From Mobula hypostoma (taxonomy: Eukaryota), in the NCBI RefSeq assembly GCF_963921235.1, contig NC_086097.1:183026001-183090000 (forward strand): a DNA stretch of 64,000 nucleotides. The letters are read 5' to 3'. The notes beneath the pieces were generated by a model. It did no database searches. It was given only the letters and a program-made list of their open reading frames with translations, and was not told where the DNA came from. Positions 1-12,035 of the stretch are shown here, in pieces. The first letter of the stretch is position 1. Every line of letters starts with the position of its first letter. A program made the translations under genes and the position numbers.

Positions 1-1170
1 GGGCTACTGCACAGGACCAAAAGAAGCTGCAGAGGGTCATAACTTGAATTGGTTCCATCTTGGGTACTAGCCTACAAAGTAGCTACGACATCTTCAAGGA
101 GCGGTGTCTCAGAAAGGCAGCGTCCATTATTAAGGACTTCCAGCACCCAGGGCATGCCCTTTTCTCACTGTTACCATCGGGTAGGAGGTACAGAAGCCTG
201 AAGGCACACACTCAGCGTTTCAGGAACAACTTCTTCCCCTCTGCTATCCGATTCCTAAATGGACTGAATCCGTGAATACTACCAGACTTTTTAAATAAGT
301 ATTATTTCTGTTTTTGCACTATTTTAATCTATTTAATATATGTGTAAGGGGATTTCGTCTTTTATGTTACTGCGGAGGCTAATTAAAATGGCTTCTTTGT
401 TATGTTATACTTAGGAATGCTTCTTTCTTATGTTAAACGCTGAGAAAGCCCTTCCCGCTAGCAGTTTGTTTTGTATTATCTATTGATATGAGGACGAATG
501 AACCAATTGGGATAGTTGTTATGTTTTTGGTGTATTTGAAGATACTGTATCCGCGGGGTTTTGGGGCAGAAGGTGGGAGACAGGGACAGAGGATGAACCA
601 GGTGCTGTGATGTCCGCTAACGGGGTCGGACCCCGAGGAGGGCGTTCGGCGAGGAGATGAGACGGAAACGGACTCGTGTAGAGCATCTGGTCGACCACCG
701 TTGTTGGTCCCAGGCAGCCAGTTGAGGTGGTCCGAGGGGTCAAAGGAAAGAGAAGAAGGGTCTTGAGCTCCAACTGTTTGTGCACGAAGAGATTGAACTT
801 TGATAAGTGTGGCACCTTTTATTTTCCTTTTATATTTTATTCTCTATTAATTATGTAGTTCCAGTAATATCTATAAACTGTAAATCATTTAATTGTATCT
901 GGTGTATTGTCTTTTATTGGGTGGGGTGGGGTACATCACACAGCATCCACACAAACTAATTACCCAGTTTGGCGGGGCCGAGGGCTGTTTTTCTAGACGG
1001 CAGTGAGCCGAGTGACCCTGAGGGTGGCTGGGGGGTGGGGGGGCGGCTACATATGTATACTGAATATTTATTTATTTTCTTCTTCTATATTGTGTATGGC
1101 ATTGAACTGCTGCTGCTAAGTTAGCAGATTTCAAGACACATGCTGGTGATAATAAACCTGATTTTGATTC
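1..1170 (+). mobile_element. Rex-Babar-type LINE 3' end, interrupted by a solo LTR
   Basis: ORF 60..275 ERCLRKAASIIKD..HPGHALFSLLPSGRRYRS is the typical C-terminus; the 3' UTR resumes after 1051 and ends aataaacctgattttgattctga. Confidence 0.75.
343..1051. mobile_element. Solo LTR (Gypsy-like)
   Basis: TGTAAG...GCTACA termini; 4-bp TSD TATG (339-342 / 1052-1055); homologous to 21052..21618 and 26429..27076 in opposite orientation. Confidence 0.8.
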
Positions 1171-2504
1171 TGAAATGCCTAACCAAACTAATCTCTTCTG
1201 CCAACACATTGTCTATATCCTTTCATTTCCTACACAATCGTGTGTCTATTTGAAAGCATCTTGAATGTCTCCATCAAAAAAGCAAGAACAACTTGCCAGC
1301 ACTTCTCCTTTGAATTTGAAGTGATATTTCATAGGAAATTGGATGCAGTTATTGTCAGTCATTCATTGTAGCCCGAGGACAAGTTTGTCCAAGTGTCCAC
1401 CTTCAGCAGCTTCACCAATGACCTTCCTTTCATCGTGTTCAATTCTTTTGGTATGCTCAGCAAATGAAGTCACCTTTGCAGCAAGACTGTCAACGTTCAG
1501 GCTCAGGTGGCGAGTCCCAATTTGCACCATGAAAGTGTCAAGATACCTTCTCTATTGTAATCATCTATTACATGATTACGTCTCCATTGTAACCAGATGT
1601 AATCATCTGGCATTACATTCGTCGATATTTCCAACAGCCATTTCATTGCCCATTACCCAGCATCAACATTTTGGGGATCACTATTAACCAGAGGTTCAGA
1701 TCGGTCATATAGATACTGTAGTAATCAGCGAAGTGGTATACTGCAGTGTGTGACATCATCCCATTACCTTTCCAGCACCCACAGGCACAGATCAGGAGCA
1801 TGATGGAACACACCCTTTTTGACTGCACAACTCCCAACAATTCTATAGAAGCTCAATGACATTCAGGACAAAGCAAACTGTGATTACCCCGTCCAAAATG
1901 TAAGCACCAGTTTCCCATGCTACTGGTATACATTGGCTACAGTCATACACATCACTTACTCACTTACTTGGCTGCTCCAACAGCCCTTTTAAACATCCAT
2001 CTCTGTCACCTTCTATAAAGGGCATCTGGCACTGGAAAACATTACTACCTACAGCCTCCCTCCGAATCAAACACCACCATGACTTGGAAATACACTTTAT
2101 CACTGGTTTATCTTTATCATTGAATCTAAATCCTGGAACTCCTTCCCCAACAACACAGTAAGAGCATGTTCAGCAGAGCTGTAGTGGTTCAAGGAGGACT
2201 CTTATTCCCACCTACACAGGAGCAAGTAAGAATGGACAATGAATGCTGCATTTTTAATGATGCCCTGATCTGAAAAAAACATGAATTAAGTATATTACCA
2301 TAAGGGTAGGGATCAAGTGTGGTGGATTAGCTTACATAGTCTTATAGCATGCATGGATGTAATGGATAGGTTCTTGATTAGTCAGGGTGTCAAAGGTTAT
2401 GGTGAAATGACAGAAGAATAGGGTTGAGGGGGATAATAAATCAGCCATGATAGACTCAATTTGCCAAATAGCCTAATTCTGCTCTTATGACTTATGGTCT
2501 AATG

Positions 2505-2587
2505 CAGGGGTCCTAACCAACCTTTTATGTGCCACAGACCCCGACCATTAACCGAGGGGTCTGTAGACCCCAGATTGGGAACCTCTG
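2505..2587. mobile_element. 83-bp hAT-like MITE
   Basis: Imperfect TIRs CAGGGGTCC..CAACC / GATTGGGAACCTCTG; 8-bp TSD gtctaatg / gtgtaatg. Confidence 0.7.
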
Positions 2588-2745
2588 GTGTAATGGAACA
2601 AATAGCCTTCTCTGAATTGTAAATTTAAATGTTAGGGTTCAGTAAAAGGCCAGCCAGACCTAGACTCCAACCCTGGCCCTGGGCTGAGGATGAGGTTAAT
2701 GAGTTACTTGACTTGGAACCTGCTAATCATCTTTTTCTCTTTCAG

Positions 2746-2784
2746 TGCCCATACCAACAATGGAACCTCCTGACAGTGGGCCAG
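2746..2784 (+). CDS. SSPO: SCO-spondin internal micro-exon (39 nt, phase 1-1), Pro/Thr linker VPIPTMEPPDSGP
   Basis: Polypyrimidine tract ctttttctctttcAG, donor CAG|GTAAGA; in frame with the next exon. No domain motif of its own. Confidence 0.65.
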
Positions 2785-3892
2785 GTAAGAAGAAACCTCA
2801 TCCTTTCATCTCTGACACTTCCCTCCCTCACTTCTCTCAACTCCCTTCCTCCCTCACTGTCTCCCGTTCTGTCCACCCTTAGACAGTGGCACCATGGAGG
2901 CACCAGAGAGCTAGTTATCCAGAGGCCCAGTGTATGTATGTGGAGTGCATATCTCATCACACTGGCATTTAATACTGGCTGTGAAACTACAGAACACTGA
3001 AATCCATTCTATAAGGACATCAGTCACCTTGGTCTAGTGCGGACTATGTGGGATTTCAGACCCACACTGATATGGCTGGCTCTTAATTATCCTCTGAAAT
3101 GGGCCATCAAGACATTCAGTTTGAGGAAGACATTTCAGAGATGGGCGTTATTACTGGCTCATCTATATCAGTGAGTCACAAAGAGACTCGGAGAATCAAA
3201 CAAGATAGAAATAGGCCCTCCCTGTAGTTCCTGATAACCTCCACCATCTATGACACTTCCTGTTTTAGTATTGTCTGCAAAGCGTACTGTAGGTTTAGTT
3301 ATTGAGAAATTTTCTCTCCATGCTCTTCCTCCTTCACTCTCTCCCTGTTCTTTCCTCCTCCTGCTCCTCCTTTGACCAACTTGTGGTTGTAAAACAGAGA
3401 GCTAGGGATACAGTCAAAATCAAAGGCATGTACACAGACAGGTACACAGTTCATTGAAGCTGGTGACATAGGTCGACGTGGTGAAAAAGGCTTTCAGCGT
3501 GCTTGCCTCCATTGTTCAGAATACTGAGTTAGCATGGCCGTTTTGCCATGCTGTATAGCTCTGGGACTCTGCCCATTAGAGTTCAATATTTGGTTCTGTG
3601 AAAGTGCTGGAACAGGTAGTGAAGGCCTTCCTTATCAGTGAGGGCATTGAATGGAAAAGTTGGAAGATCATGATACTTTTGTACAGGCTGCAATTGGAGT
3701 ATTGTGTTTGGTTTTAGACATCCTGCTATAGGAAAGAAGTTATGAAACTGGAAAGAGTGCAGCGATGATTTGCAAGGATGCTGCATAACTTAAGGTAGTG
3801 TTATAGACAGAGGTTGGTCAGGCTAGATCTTCATTACATACAGTGTAGGAGACTGAGAGGTGATGATCATTTTATACACCTCCAGGAGGGGC

Positions 3893-4105
3893 ATAGGTCA
3901 TAGTCATACTTTATTGATCCCGAGGGAAATTGGGTTTTGTTACAGTTGCACCAACCTAGAATAGAGTATAGATATAGCAATATAAACCATAAATAATTAA
4001 ATAATAATATGTAAATCATGCCAGGAAATAAGTCCAGGACCAGCGTATTGGCTCAGGGTGTCTGACCCTCCAAGGGAGGAGTTGTAAAGTTTAATGGGCA
4101 CAGGA
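3893..4105 (-). mobile_element. Short LINE 3' end (Rex/L2-like) with (gactat)n tail; second copy at 63913..64000
   Basis: catagtcatactttattgatcccgagggaaatt...ttacagttgc shared by both loci. Confidence 0.6.
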
Positions 4106-5085
4106 AAGAAAGTAAATGTAATTTTTTTTCCCAGGATTGGGAAGTCAAGAACTAGAGAGCATCAGTTTAAGGTGAGAATGGGAAGATTTGGAAATCTTAG
4201 GAGCAACTTTTTTTATGCCAAGGTTGGTACATAGGTATGTAGAATGAGCTGCCAGAGGAACTGGTTGAAGCAGGTACAATAGCCCAGACATTCTCTCTTC
4301 TCTCTTCTCCCATCAGACAAAAGATACAGAAGTCTGAAAGCATGTGCCACCAGACCCGAGGACAGCTTCTACCCCCACTATTATGAGACTATTGAATGGT
4401 TCCCCAGTATGATATGATGGACTCTTGACCTCACCATCTACCTTGCTATGATGTTGCATGTTATTGTCCCACCTGCACTGCATTTTCTCTGTAGCTGTTA
4501 CAGGTTATTCTGCCTTCTGTTATCATTATACCTTGTTCTACCTTAATGCACTGTGCAATGTTTTTTATCTGTATGAGCAGTATGTAAGAGCTTTTCACTG
4601 TATCTCAGTACATATGACAATAATAAGCCAATTTCAATTCCAATTCCATCTTTCAAAAGACAGACAGGTACATGGATTGGAAAGTTTTAGGAAGATGTGG
4701 ACTGAACAGAGGCAAATGGCTAGCTTAAGTAGGAATCTTGATGCGTGTGAACCAGTTGGGCCGAAGGGCCTGTTTCTTTGCTGGTGACTCTATCTGACAG
4801 GCACACCGATTCCTGTGTGGTACTGCTCCATGTTCTATCTCTCTCTCATTCCCTTCTAATTCTTACTCGTTCTTTCCCTCTCTGTAATTCTCCATCTCTC
4901 TCAGTGTCATTGTCTCTCATTCACACAACTGTTTATTTCTTTCACTCTTTCCCTCAATCACACTATTTTTATTTCCTATATCACAATTGCACCATTTCTC
5001 TCTCCATCCACTATTTAATTCTGTCTCATTTCTCTTTCATAGTCCATCTCATTCACTTCCTCCTTGTGACTTGCTCGTTCTTTTT

Positions 5086-5376
5086 TCTTTTTTTTTGGCG
5101 TGTGCCTGCGTGCGTGCGTGTGTCCGTGATGATCTCTTTTCATGGCTTTTACAAGGCGCGGAGTGTGCGAGAGAGAGAGAGAGACTGTGTGGTGCGCCGC
5201 TCCTCACAGACAATTTCACAGTATTTTCCCTTTATTTTACGAGGTCGAGTTGCAATCTCGACACTCAACCCGGCACAGATGGAAAATGTACTCGGGAGAG
5301 CCCCAACTGGGTTCGAACCCGGGAACCTCCATTCCAGAGTCCAGCGCTGATGTCATTGCGCCGCCAGCCAGTCCAA
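5086..5376 (-). mobile_element. tRNA-derived SINE, CpG-rich
   Basis: Minus strand: A-box-like GGCGCAATG, B-box GGTTCGAACCC, A-rich 3' tail; candidate 12-bp TSD ctcg(t/a)tcttttt at 5074-5085 / 5377-5388. Confidence 0.7.
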
Positions 5377-5430
5377 CTCGATCTTTTTCAGACATTCAAT
5401 CTCTCTCGTTTTCTCTCTTCTTCTTTCTAG

Positions 5431-5592
5431 ATTCCGAAGGATTTTCTCCCTGGGCTCCATGGACTCGTTGCTCCAGGAATTGTTCCGACTCTGAGTTCCC
5501 CAGCATGAAGAGCCGCACCCGTTCCTGCCGTCGCCGGAACTGCACTGGGGAAACTTTCCAGGAACGCCCCTGCAATCTGCCCCAGTGCACAA
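5431..5592 (+). CDS. SSPO: SCO-spondin exon, TSR1 (DSEGFSPWAPWTRCSRNC...CNLPQCT)
   Basis: Long pyrimidine tract + tAG; donor A|GTAATG; 162 nt, phase 1-1; WxxW, C, RxRxC motif. Confidence 0.92.
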
Positions 5593-6144
5593 GTAATGCT
5601 GTGTGGGGTTGGGTGGGTTCTGGCTGGATGGGGGTGAGGAAGCAAGGAGGGAAGAGTGAGTTAGGGTGAAGGTGATGTGAAAGTTTCAGCTGGGGAGATA
5701 ATATTGTGGTGAGAGAGTGGGTAGGAGTATTGGTGGGAAGCTTGATAGAGGGTGGGATTTTCTGCTCAGGAGGGTTACTGGCTGAGGAAGAGTGAGGTTG
5801 TGTTTATGAGTTCATGGACCATTTGGAAATCTGATGGCAGAAGGAAGAAACTTCATAAAGTGTGAGTGTGGTTCTTCACGCTCCTGTAGTAATGAGAAGA
5901 GGGCATGTCCTGGATGAAGAGGGTTGTAATGATGGAGGCTGCCTTCTTGATGCACCACCTTTAGAAGACGTCCTCGGTGGTAGGGAGGCTTGTGTCCATG
6001 ATGAAGCTGGCTGAGTCTACAATCCTTTGCAGCCTCTACCATACGATGTAGCAGATAGCCATTGTCATTTCCATGCTGCCGGTGTCAAAACAAGAAGGCG
6101 TATGTTTATGGTGAGAGAGTAGGAGCTTTAAAGGAAATCTGAGA

Positions 6145-6930
6145 GACCATAACACAAAGGAGCAGAATTAGGCTATTTGGCTCATTGAGTTTTCTCCACC
6201 ATTTTATCATGGCTGATCCAGTTTCCTCTCAAGCTCAATCACTTGCCTTCTCCTCACATCTCTTCATGCCCTGACCATTCAAGAAGCTATCAACATCTGC
6301 CTTAAACATACTTAAAGACTTGGCCTCCACAGCTGCCTGTGGCAAAGAATTTCACCGATTCGCCACCCTCTGGTTAAAGAAATTCCCCCTCATCTGCGTT
6401 CTAAAAGGATACCTCTCTATTTTGGGGCTGTGTCCTCTGGTCTGAAACTCTCCAACCATAGGAAACATCCTCTCCACATCCACTGTATCAAGGTCTTTCA
6501 CCAATTGATGGATTTCAATTAGGTCACCCCTCATTCTTCTGAATTCTACTGAATACAGGCCCAGAGCCATCAGACACTCTTCATATGAAAGCCATTCAAT
6601 CCTGGAATCATTTTTGTGAACCTCCTTTGAACCCTCTCCAGTTTCAGCACATCCTTTCTAAGATAAAGGGCCCAAATCTACTCTCGATACTCAGTGAGGC
6701 CTCACCAGTGCTTTTTAAAGTTCCAACAATGCATCCTTGCTTTTATATTCTAGTCCTCTTGAAATGAATGCTAACATTGCATTTGCCTTCCTCACCACAG
6801 ACTCAACCAGCAAATTAACCTTTAAGGAATCCTGCACAAGGACTCCCAAGTCCCGTTGCATCTCAATTATTTTGTATTTTCATTTAGAAAATAGTCAACC
6901 CTTTCACTACTTCTACAAAAGAAGTATGGT
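6145..6930 (-). mobile_element. CR1 LINE 3' fragment
   Basis: ORF 6352..6570 LGLYSVEFRRMRGDLIE...FFNQRV, CR1 ORF2 C-terminus. Confidence 0.85.
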
Positions 6931-7390
6931 TTTATACAGAGTAGTTGATACAGAGTGGAATCAGATGTAGTCACTAGGTTAGACAGGCAGTTAAGTAGGC
7001 AGGGTTTGGGACTATACAGACCTAATGCAGGTATATGTACTGTGGACTAGCAAAAAGATTAGCATGGATCTGATGAGCCAAAGGGCCAGCTTATGTGCCT
7101 TACAAATCCCTGCATGTGGACTGGATGATAAAGGAAGTGTGCCTCATACTTGACACAAGAGATTCTGCAGATGCAAAACAATATACTCAAAATGCTGAAG
7201 GAACCCAGCAGGTCGGGCAGTATCAATGGAGGAAAGTAATGATGAGATGACTGTTTATTTCTCTCCATAGATTTTGCCTGTCATGCTGAGTTCCTGCAAC
7301 ATTCTGTGTGCATGTGTTGTACGGCATTCTTGCCTTCATCAGATGGGCATTGAGTATAAAATAGCAAAGTAAGTGAAACTGCATAAAACT

Positions 7391-7498
7391 TTGGAACATA
7401 CTTGGAACCTACTTGGAACATACTTGGAACATACTTGGAACATACTTGGAACATACTTGGAACATACTTGGAACATACTTTGGAACATACTTGGAACA
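7391..7498 (+). repeat. 11-bp minisatellite (TTGGAACATAC), about 10 copies
   Basis: Directly visible tandem units, one with a substitution and one extra T. Confidence 0.95.
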
Positions 7499-7735
7499 GA
7501 GAGGTCAGGGTTGATGGGTAAAGGCTCTGAATGTGCTCTGAATGGAGATGTTCAGCAAAGGGATCACTCAGCCTGTGTTTGGTCTCTTTGTTTAAGAGAC
7601 TCTGTCCAACCAATGATACAGCAACAGCCTATTCAGTTCCTAGTTCTTGTTACGTAGAAGTAAGGTGAATTCCACTCAGTCGTGTCAGGGTTGACTGTGT
7701 GATGTAAATAATCTAATACTTTTCTCGCTCAGCAG

Positions 7736-7942
7736 ATGAGACAGAATGTTCTGGTGAGAATTGTACCAGGAACTGCAGCTGGAACATGTGGTCAGAATGG
7801 AGTCAATGTTCACGTAGCTGTGGTGTCGGCCAACAGCATCGTCTCCGGACTTACAATGCTCCAAGGTTGGGTGGTCAGTGGTGCAAGGAAATCTTGACAG
7901 GAAATCTGGAAATACGTTTCTGTAACATAAAGGCTTGCAGAG
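7736..7942 (+). CDS. SSPO: SCO-spondin exon, TSR1 (ETECSGENCTRNCSWNMWSEWSQCSRSCGVGQQHRLR...CNIKACR)
   Basis: Acceptor ctcAGcAG (alternative start 7733); donor AG|GTGAGT; 207 nt, phase 1-1; hand-translated, not in ORF track. Confidence 0.92.
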
Positions 7943-8129
7943 GTGAGTTGTCAAAGTAGAAACAAATCATTCAAAACATGAACTCTTTCTGAATGTCCCA
8001 CGTAGTGAAGACTTAGAATCCAGGGGAGAGACAGATTGGTTCAAAATCAGCCTGGTGACAGGGAGCAAAGGGTAAGGGAGTTATTGTAACTGTTGCCAGT
8101 AGGGCTTTATAGTTGCTCAGAGACCGGAG

Positions 8130-8438
8130 ATAAAAGATTAGATTTATTGAACACATGTACATCAGAACATCGAAACATATGTGTCATTTGTGTCAAAGAC
8201 CAACACAGCCTGAGGATGCCTCGGGGGCAGCCCGCAAGTGTTGCCGTGCTTCTGGCACCAACGAAGTATGTCCATCACTCAACCCTAACCGTACATCTTT
8301 GGAATGAAGGAGGAAAGCGGAGCGCCCAGAAGAAATCCACACAATACAAACTCCTTACCGACAGCGGTGGGAATTGAACCACAATTAGTGGTCACTGGCA
8401 CTGTGAAGCATTGAGCTAACTGCTATGTAACCATGCCG
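8130..8438 (-). mobile_element. V-SINE-like tRNA-derived SINE
   Basis: Minus strand: tRNA head (ggttcaattccc) followed by V-domain-like gggcgctccgctttcctcc..cattccaaagatgtac and a LINE-like tail. Confidence 0.65.
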
Positions 8439-11072
8439 AGCAGCTGGTGGTATTGCTGTTAATAGTTTGTAGTTGTGAGAAAAGACCGAAGATGGTTTCT
8501 TTTGTGGCAGAGAAAGCTGTGGGAAGACAACAGAGTTGAGTAAGCTACGCCATGGGGGTTGGAGTCAAGGCAGATCAAAATGGGGGCTGGGGGCAAGGTC
8601 CAGACTGTGGGTCAAGAACAGAGGGCTGGAGCTGGGTCAAATTGTGATGGAGGGGAAGGAGCATGGCGGGGGTAGGGTAAGGGTCATGGGGAGGTCAGCT
8701 GTAGTAAGAGGAGGGAGAGCAGTGAGTGCAATGGAGGGGTAGAGGATATGAGAAGATGGGCTGAGGAGGAAGATGGTGCAGTGGAGGAGGTAGAGGGTAC
8801 AGGGGAGAGTGGAGGGGGAGAAGGTGTAGTGGAGGACATAGGGAGTGCAGGGGGAAGTGGAGGGGGAGATGAGTAAGGTGGTTAAAGGAGTGTAGGGAAA
8901 GGGGGGGCTGCGGTGGAGGTGAGCAGACACTATGACAGAGTAGAGAGGAGAGGAGAAAGAGATCCTGCCCATTTATGGGATGCAAGTGATCATTGTGTTC
9001 ATACTTGTGTTAATGTCACCTCCCAGTGTTTGGCCCATAACTCTGTCATCATCGTCTTTGAGAACTTATCCAGGTCCTTGTTCAATTAGATTTCTGAATC
9101 CACCACACTTTCACACAAGAGGCCCCACTGCTGAACGAGAGAACTGACTTCTCATTTTCCCACTACTCCTCCTGCTGTTAGATCCATATCGCCTGGTTAC
9201 TGATCTCTCTTCCCCAGGTCAAGGCCTCAGATCATTTCTTACACCAGAACTGTATTTCTCCTCAGCCAGTTGTGTGTGTTGCTTGGATTTCCAGCATCTG
9301 CAGATTTTCCTCAGTCTCCGTGGTTTTAAGGAAAACAGTCACAGCCTGGACCACCTCTCTGTACGTCCATGGTTCCACAAGCCTCTGCAGCCTCTGAAGA
9401 TGCTGTACCCTCCTTACAGTGTCGTGACCAGAAATGTAACAGTGTTCCGGGTTACAAAGTGGGGCTTGAAGCAACAACCTTCTCACTCCAAATTACAGTG
9501 CAGACTCATTCTCATGCCATTTTACTGTCAAATAGCTGTTTTGTGTCACCTTATCCTGAAACCACTATACATAGATTGCCTCCAATTCTGAATGCTTACT
9601 CCAACATTAATCCTTCTTCCTTAAGGGTCTAATCTAAATAAGCTATGACCAATGGGGCAAATTATTACCACAAAGTCCGCAATGCGCTAGCTATTTCTTC
9701 CTTAGTTACTCATTCCCCTTGCAAAAATACAAAGCTCCATTTATCTTCCTAATTATTTTCTTGCACTTTCCTGGTAAACTTTTGCCTCTTGTGGGGCCCC
9801 CAGCTCTCTCTAATGATAGCATTCATTAGTCACAACTTAAATAACTTTCTGCTTCTCTATTCTTCCCAGCAGGGTGTCTAACTTCACATTTTTCAACATG
9901 TTCCATTTGCTGTTTCTTCTTGTTAACTTAATTGACTGGAATAGTATTTCATGCTTTGTTAATATTTGAAACATGCACGGTATATGATTGGGTTCCCTGA
10001 AAAAGGTTCATGGAATTTGGTATCAATCTGTGTGAGCAGTTCTGTGGTGATTTGTTGAATAGCCATCCATGCGGTGTCTGGTGGGGTCACGTGAGGAGGC
10101 CATAGCCACTACGTTACTACTACACTGACCACCGGAGGTGAGCCAAAGCACTGTCAATGTCCCATGATGTTGACTTGCGCTCAGCACATCTTGGCCACTA
10201 ATATCTGAGATGTTGTTGCCCAGGAACTTGAAGCTGCTCACCCTTCAGTAAGCTCGAATTTGAATTAGAATCAGAATCAGCTTTACTATTACTACCATAC
10301 TGTATGCTGTGAAATTGGCAATTTTTCAGCAGTGATACATAATAATAACAAAAAACTGTAAATTACAATAAGCTGTATATATTTTATAAAATAAATTAAT
10401 AGTGCAAAAAGAGAGAAAAAAGAGCGAGGTAGTGTTCATGGGTTCATTATCCATTAAGAAATCTGTTTCTGAGATGTTGAGTGTGTGTCTTCAGGCTCCT
10501 GTACATCCTCCTTCATTGTAGGGGTGAGAAGAGGGCACATGCTGGGTGATTGGGGGGGGGGGGGTCCTTAATGATGGATGCCTCTATTTTGCGGCATTGC
10601 CTTTTGAAGTGATGCCGGGGAGGTTCGTACCCATGATTGAGCTGGATGAGTTTCCCTCTTGTGTGTTTTAAGTCACTATCATTTCCCTAGTCCCCATTAT
10701 TAATTGCAAGTCTCGGCTTTTAAGGAACTAATATGCTCCTTTCCCTGTGTTTGTAGAAGCTCTTGTACTATGGTTGTATTCTCCTTATCTTATTCAGCCT
10801 GATTCTAATATCGTCAGTTATTCATCTGGGATGGATCTGAATGCAGCTCTTCGTTCTATCTGTCTCTGTTCTATGGGAATGACTCCATCTGTACTTGAAA
10901 CATTTCCTCCTTTGTTCCACCAGAATTTTAACACTCAGGTTTTGCTTTAGCTATGTCCCAACTTTTCCAGTTAGAGCCAGCCCTCCTTCCTGTCGTTAGG
11001 AATTTCCATTTCAGACTGCACTTTGCCCTACCGTACTTCCAGTTTAAATCACCTAATCTGTTGATCACATTT

Positions 11073-12032
11073 AGACCATAAGATACAGGAGCAGAAGTAA
11101 ACCGTTCGGCCTGTCGAGTCTGCTTCGCCATTCAATCATGGGCTGATCCAATTCTTCCAGTCATCCCCACTCCCCTGCCTTCTCCCCGTACTTTCATGCC
11201 CTGGCTAATCAAGAACCTATCTATCTCTGCCTTAAATGCTCTCAATGACCTGGCCTCCACAGCTGCTCATGGCAACAAATTCCACAGATTTACCACCCTC
11301 TGACTAAAGTAATTTCTCTGCATCTCTGTTCTAAATGGAAGTTCTTCAATCCTGATGTCGTGCCCTCTTGAACTAGATTCCCCTACTATGGGAAATAACT
11401 TTGCCATATCTAATCTGTTCAGGTCTTTCAACATTCAGAATGTTTCTAAGAGATCCCCCCTCATTCTCCTGAACTCCAGGGAATACAACCCAAGACCTGT
11501 CAGACGTCCCTCATACGATAACCCATTCATTCCTGGAATCATTCTCATGAATCTTCTCTGAACCCTCTCCAATATCAGTATATCCTTTCTAAAATAAGGA
11601 ACCCAAAACTGCTCACAATACTCCAAGTGTGGTCTCATGAGCCTCAACATCACATCCCTGCTCTTATATTCTATACCTCTAGAAATGAATGCCACCATTG
11701 CATTCGCTGCCTTCACCACTGACTCAACCTGGAGGTTAACCTTTAGGGTATCCTGCACAAGGACTCCCATGACCCTTTGCATCTCTGCATTTTGAATTCT
11801 CTCCCCATTTAGATAATAGTCTACCTGTTTATTTCTTCCACCAAAGTTCATGACTGTACATTTTCCAATATTGTATTTCATTTGCTACCTCTTTGCCCAT
11901 TTCCCTAAACTATCTAAGTCTCCCTGCAGGCTCACTGTTTCCTCAACACTACCCGCTTCTCTGCCTATCTTTGTATCATCAGCAAATTTAGCCACAAATC
12001 TATTAATCCCATAGTCCAAATCATTGACATAC
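11073..12032 (-). mobile_element. CR1 LINE 3' fragment (RT C-terminal part and 3' UTR)
   Basis: ORFs 11435..11881 and 11885..12118 (KFADDTKIG, RPHLEYC, RGDLLE); same subfamily as 54485..55425. Confidence 0.9.
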
Positions 12033-12035
12033 ATT

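Noticed and set aside
5292..5372. Functional tRNA gene on the minus strand
   Set aside because: The acceptor and anticodon stems do not pair properly, and it continues into a SINE body with an A-tail and TSD.
5142..5669. 175-aa ORF as a standalone gene
   Set aside because: Only 5431..5592 is TSR-coding and splice-bounded; the rest is SINE and intron read-through.
7391..7498. CRISPR-like array
   Set aside because: Contiguous 11-bp units with no spacers, in eukaryotic intronic DNA.
8600..8960. G/purine-rich tract as a regulatory element
   Set aside because: Low-complexity sequence with no definable unit or supporting evidence; the same applies to the gagtga-rich region at 55630-56700.
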